From NCBI GenBank assembly GCA_024137785.1, contig JAHRHZ010000248.1, forward strand, positions 65,953,274-66,017,273: a stretch of DNA of 64,000 bases, in the 5' to 3' direction. Below are positions 63,050-64,000 of this stretch, piece after piece. The notes below the pieces were generated by a model. It worked only from the letters and a program-made list of their open reading frames with translations, ran no database searches and had not been told where the DNA came from. Position 1 is the first letter of the stretch. Each line of letters begins with the position of its first letter. The stretch is from Ginglymostoma cirratum. Its lineage: Eukaryota. A program made the position numbers and the translations under genes.

Positions 63050-63480
63050 CCATTGGTAAGATACAATAAATTGGGCCATGCAGCCCGTTTTATGTCTGCT
63101 GTGACATTCAGATTGTGGCTGATAGTTGTCAACTCCACTTCTGTGCCTCTTTTCTCTCTTTTCTCTCTTCCCCACCGCCCCCCCCCCCCCCATAACCCTA
63201 AAAAATCTGTCTATCTCAGCTTTGAATATACTTAATGATACAGCCCCTGCAGTAGGGAATTCTACAGATTGAGTACTTGGGTTGGGGGGCGGGGGTGCGG
63301 CAGGAAGCGGTGACGAAGTAGAATTGGGTGACATTACGCTCGCTGGTCCTTGGTTCCCTGTGTGGGAATCTAGGACCAAGCTCCTGCATCAACACTTTCA
63401 AGCCCTTTTTGAAGAATGTAATGTTTTATAAGGCTGCCTCTCATTCTGTACTTGAGTACCAATCCAACCTATTCAACATC
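63050..63480 (-). mobile_element. Old CR1 3' end
   Basis: Minus-strand SLSIFKAEIDRF in ORF 63023-63379. Confidence 0.6.
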
Positions 63481-63979
63481 TGCTTATAAAATCCCTCCAT
63501 TCCTGGGACCAGCCACATGAACTTACTGACACTGGAGGCAGGTGGGACTGTTTTCCTTTCAATGAGGGTACTAAAACTGTCAGTGTTTCAGCTGTGATCT
63601 GAGAAGTGTCTTGTCTAGTTTTTAGCAATATCTCCATTTCCTTAGAAACAAAGATCAATGTTAAATTTGCCCAATAGCTGCTGAACTTAGAATTAAATAG
63701 GCTTAAACTTGAACCATAGCTTAATTCGTGGAACACAAGTGCAACTTGTGACTACACTATCAATTTTGTCAAAAGCAGTTTCACTTCTGGAAGCAAGCTT
63801 AGATAATAAATCAGGTGTTGCATCTCCAACTGAAATGCATGTGTAATTTTTTTCTCATGTCAGCCATTTTGGGAGACAAAAAATTAACCACCGTTGATTT
63901 TATTGTGAAACCTTGGTATCTTGAGCGTTCAGATGCAATATTTTGAAAACCATTTGATCATGCTTTTCAAACAACACCG

Positions 63980-64000
63980 GATTTCTTTCTTTCTTTTCAG
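63980..64000 (+). other. Probable splice acceptor of the next MTUS1 exon
   Basis: ATTTCTTTCTTTCTTTTCAG ends exactly at the window edge. The exon itself is not visible. Confidence 0.45.

Noticed and set aside
63279-63345. Short G/CpG-rich stretch with G-quadruplex potential
   Set aside because: Under 70 bp, embedded in a CR1 remnant, and no supporting promoter or exon signals.
1-64000. CRISPR array, operon or other prokaryotic defence system
   Set aside because: No regularly spaced direct repeats and no dense ORFs. The recurring short motifs are dispersed retroelement ends in a vertebrate intron.

Overview
Vertebrate, not prokaryotic, DNA. The repeat content (HE1/V-SINEs, HER1-type CR1 LINEs, shark-type Penelope-like elements) points to an elasmobranch. 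The window appears to hold the 5' half of one + strand gene that I recognise from memory as MTUS1 (ATIP3-type long isoform). It has a candidate promoter near 4.3 kb, a roughly 47 kb repeat-rich first intron, a large first coding exon (51901-54332, ATG at 52110), a 217-nt coding exon (56566-56782) and a probable acceptor at the last base. The rest is mostly decayed mobile DNA: CR1 LINEs, tRNA-derived SINEs, one solo LTR and many Penelope-like element (PLE) pieces. The most interesting signal is a set of minimal hammerhead-ribozyme cores (CTGANGA-N-stem II-GAAACGTH) carried by at least three PLE families with different stem II sequences. The same PLE ends also occur as short fold-back insertions. 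Other oddities are a 139-140 bp inverted repeat 1.3 kb apart, a chain of uORFs ending in an ATGA overlap with the main start codon, and a compositionally odd 0.5 kb block upstream of the promoter. All family names come from recalled motifs, not database searches. Boundaries of old repeats are approximate.
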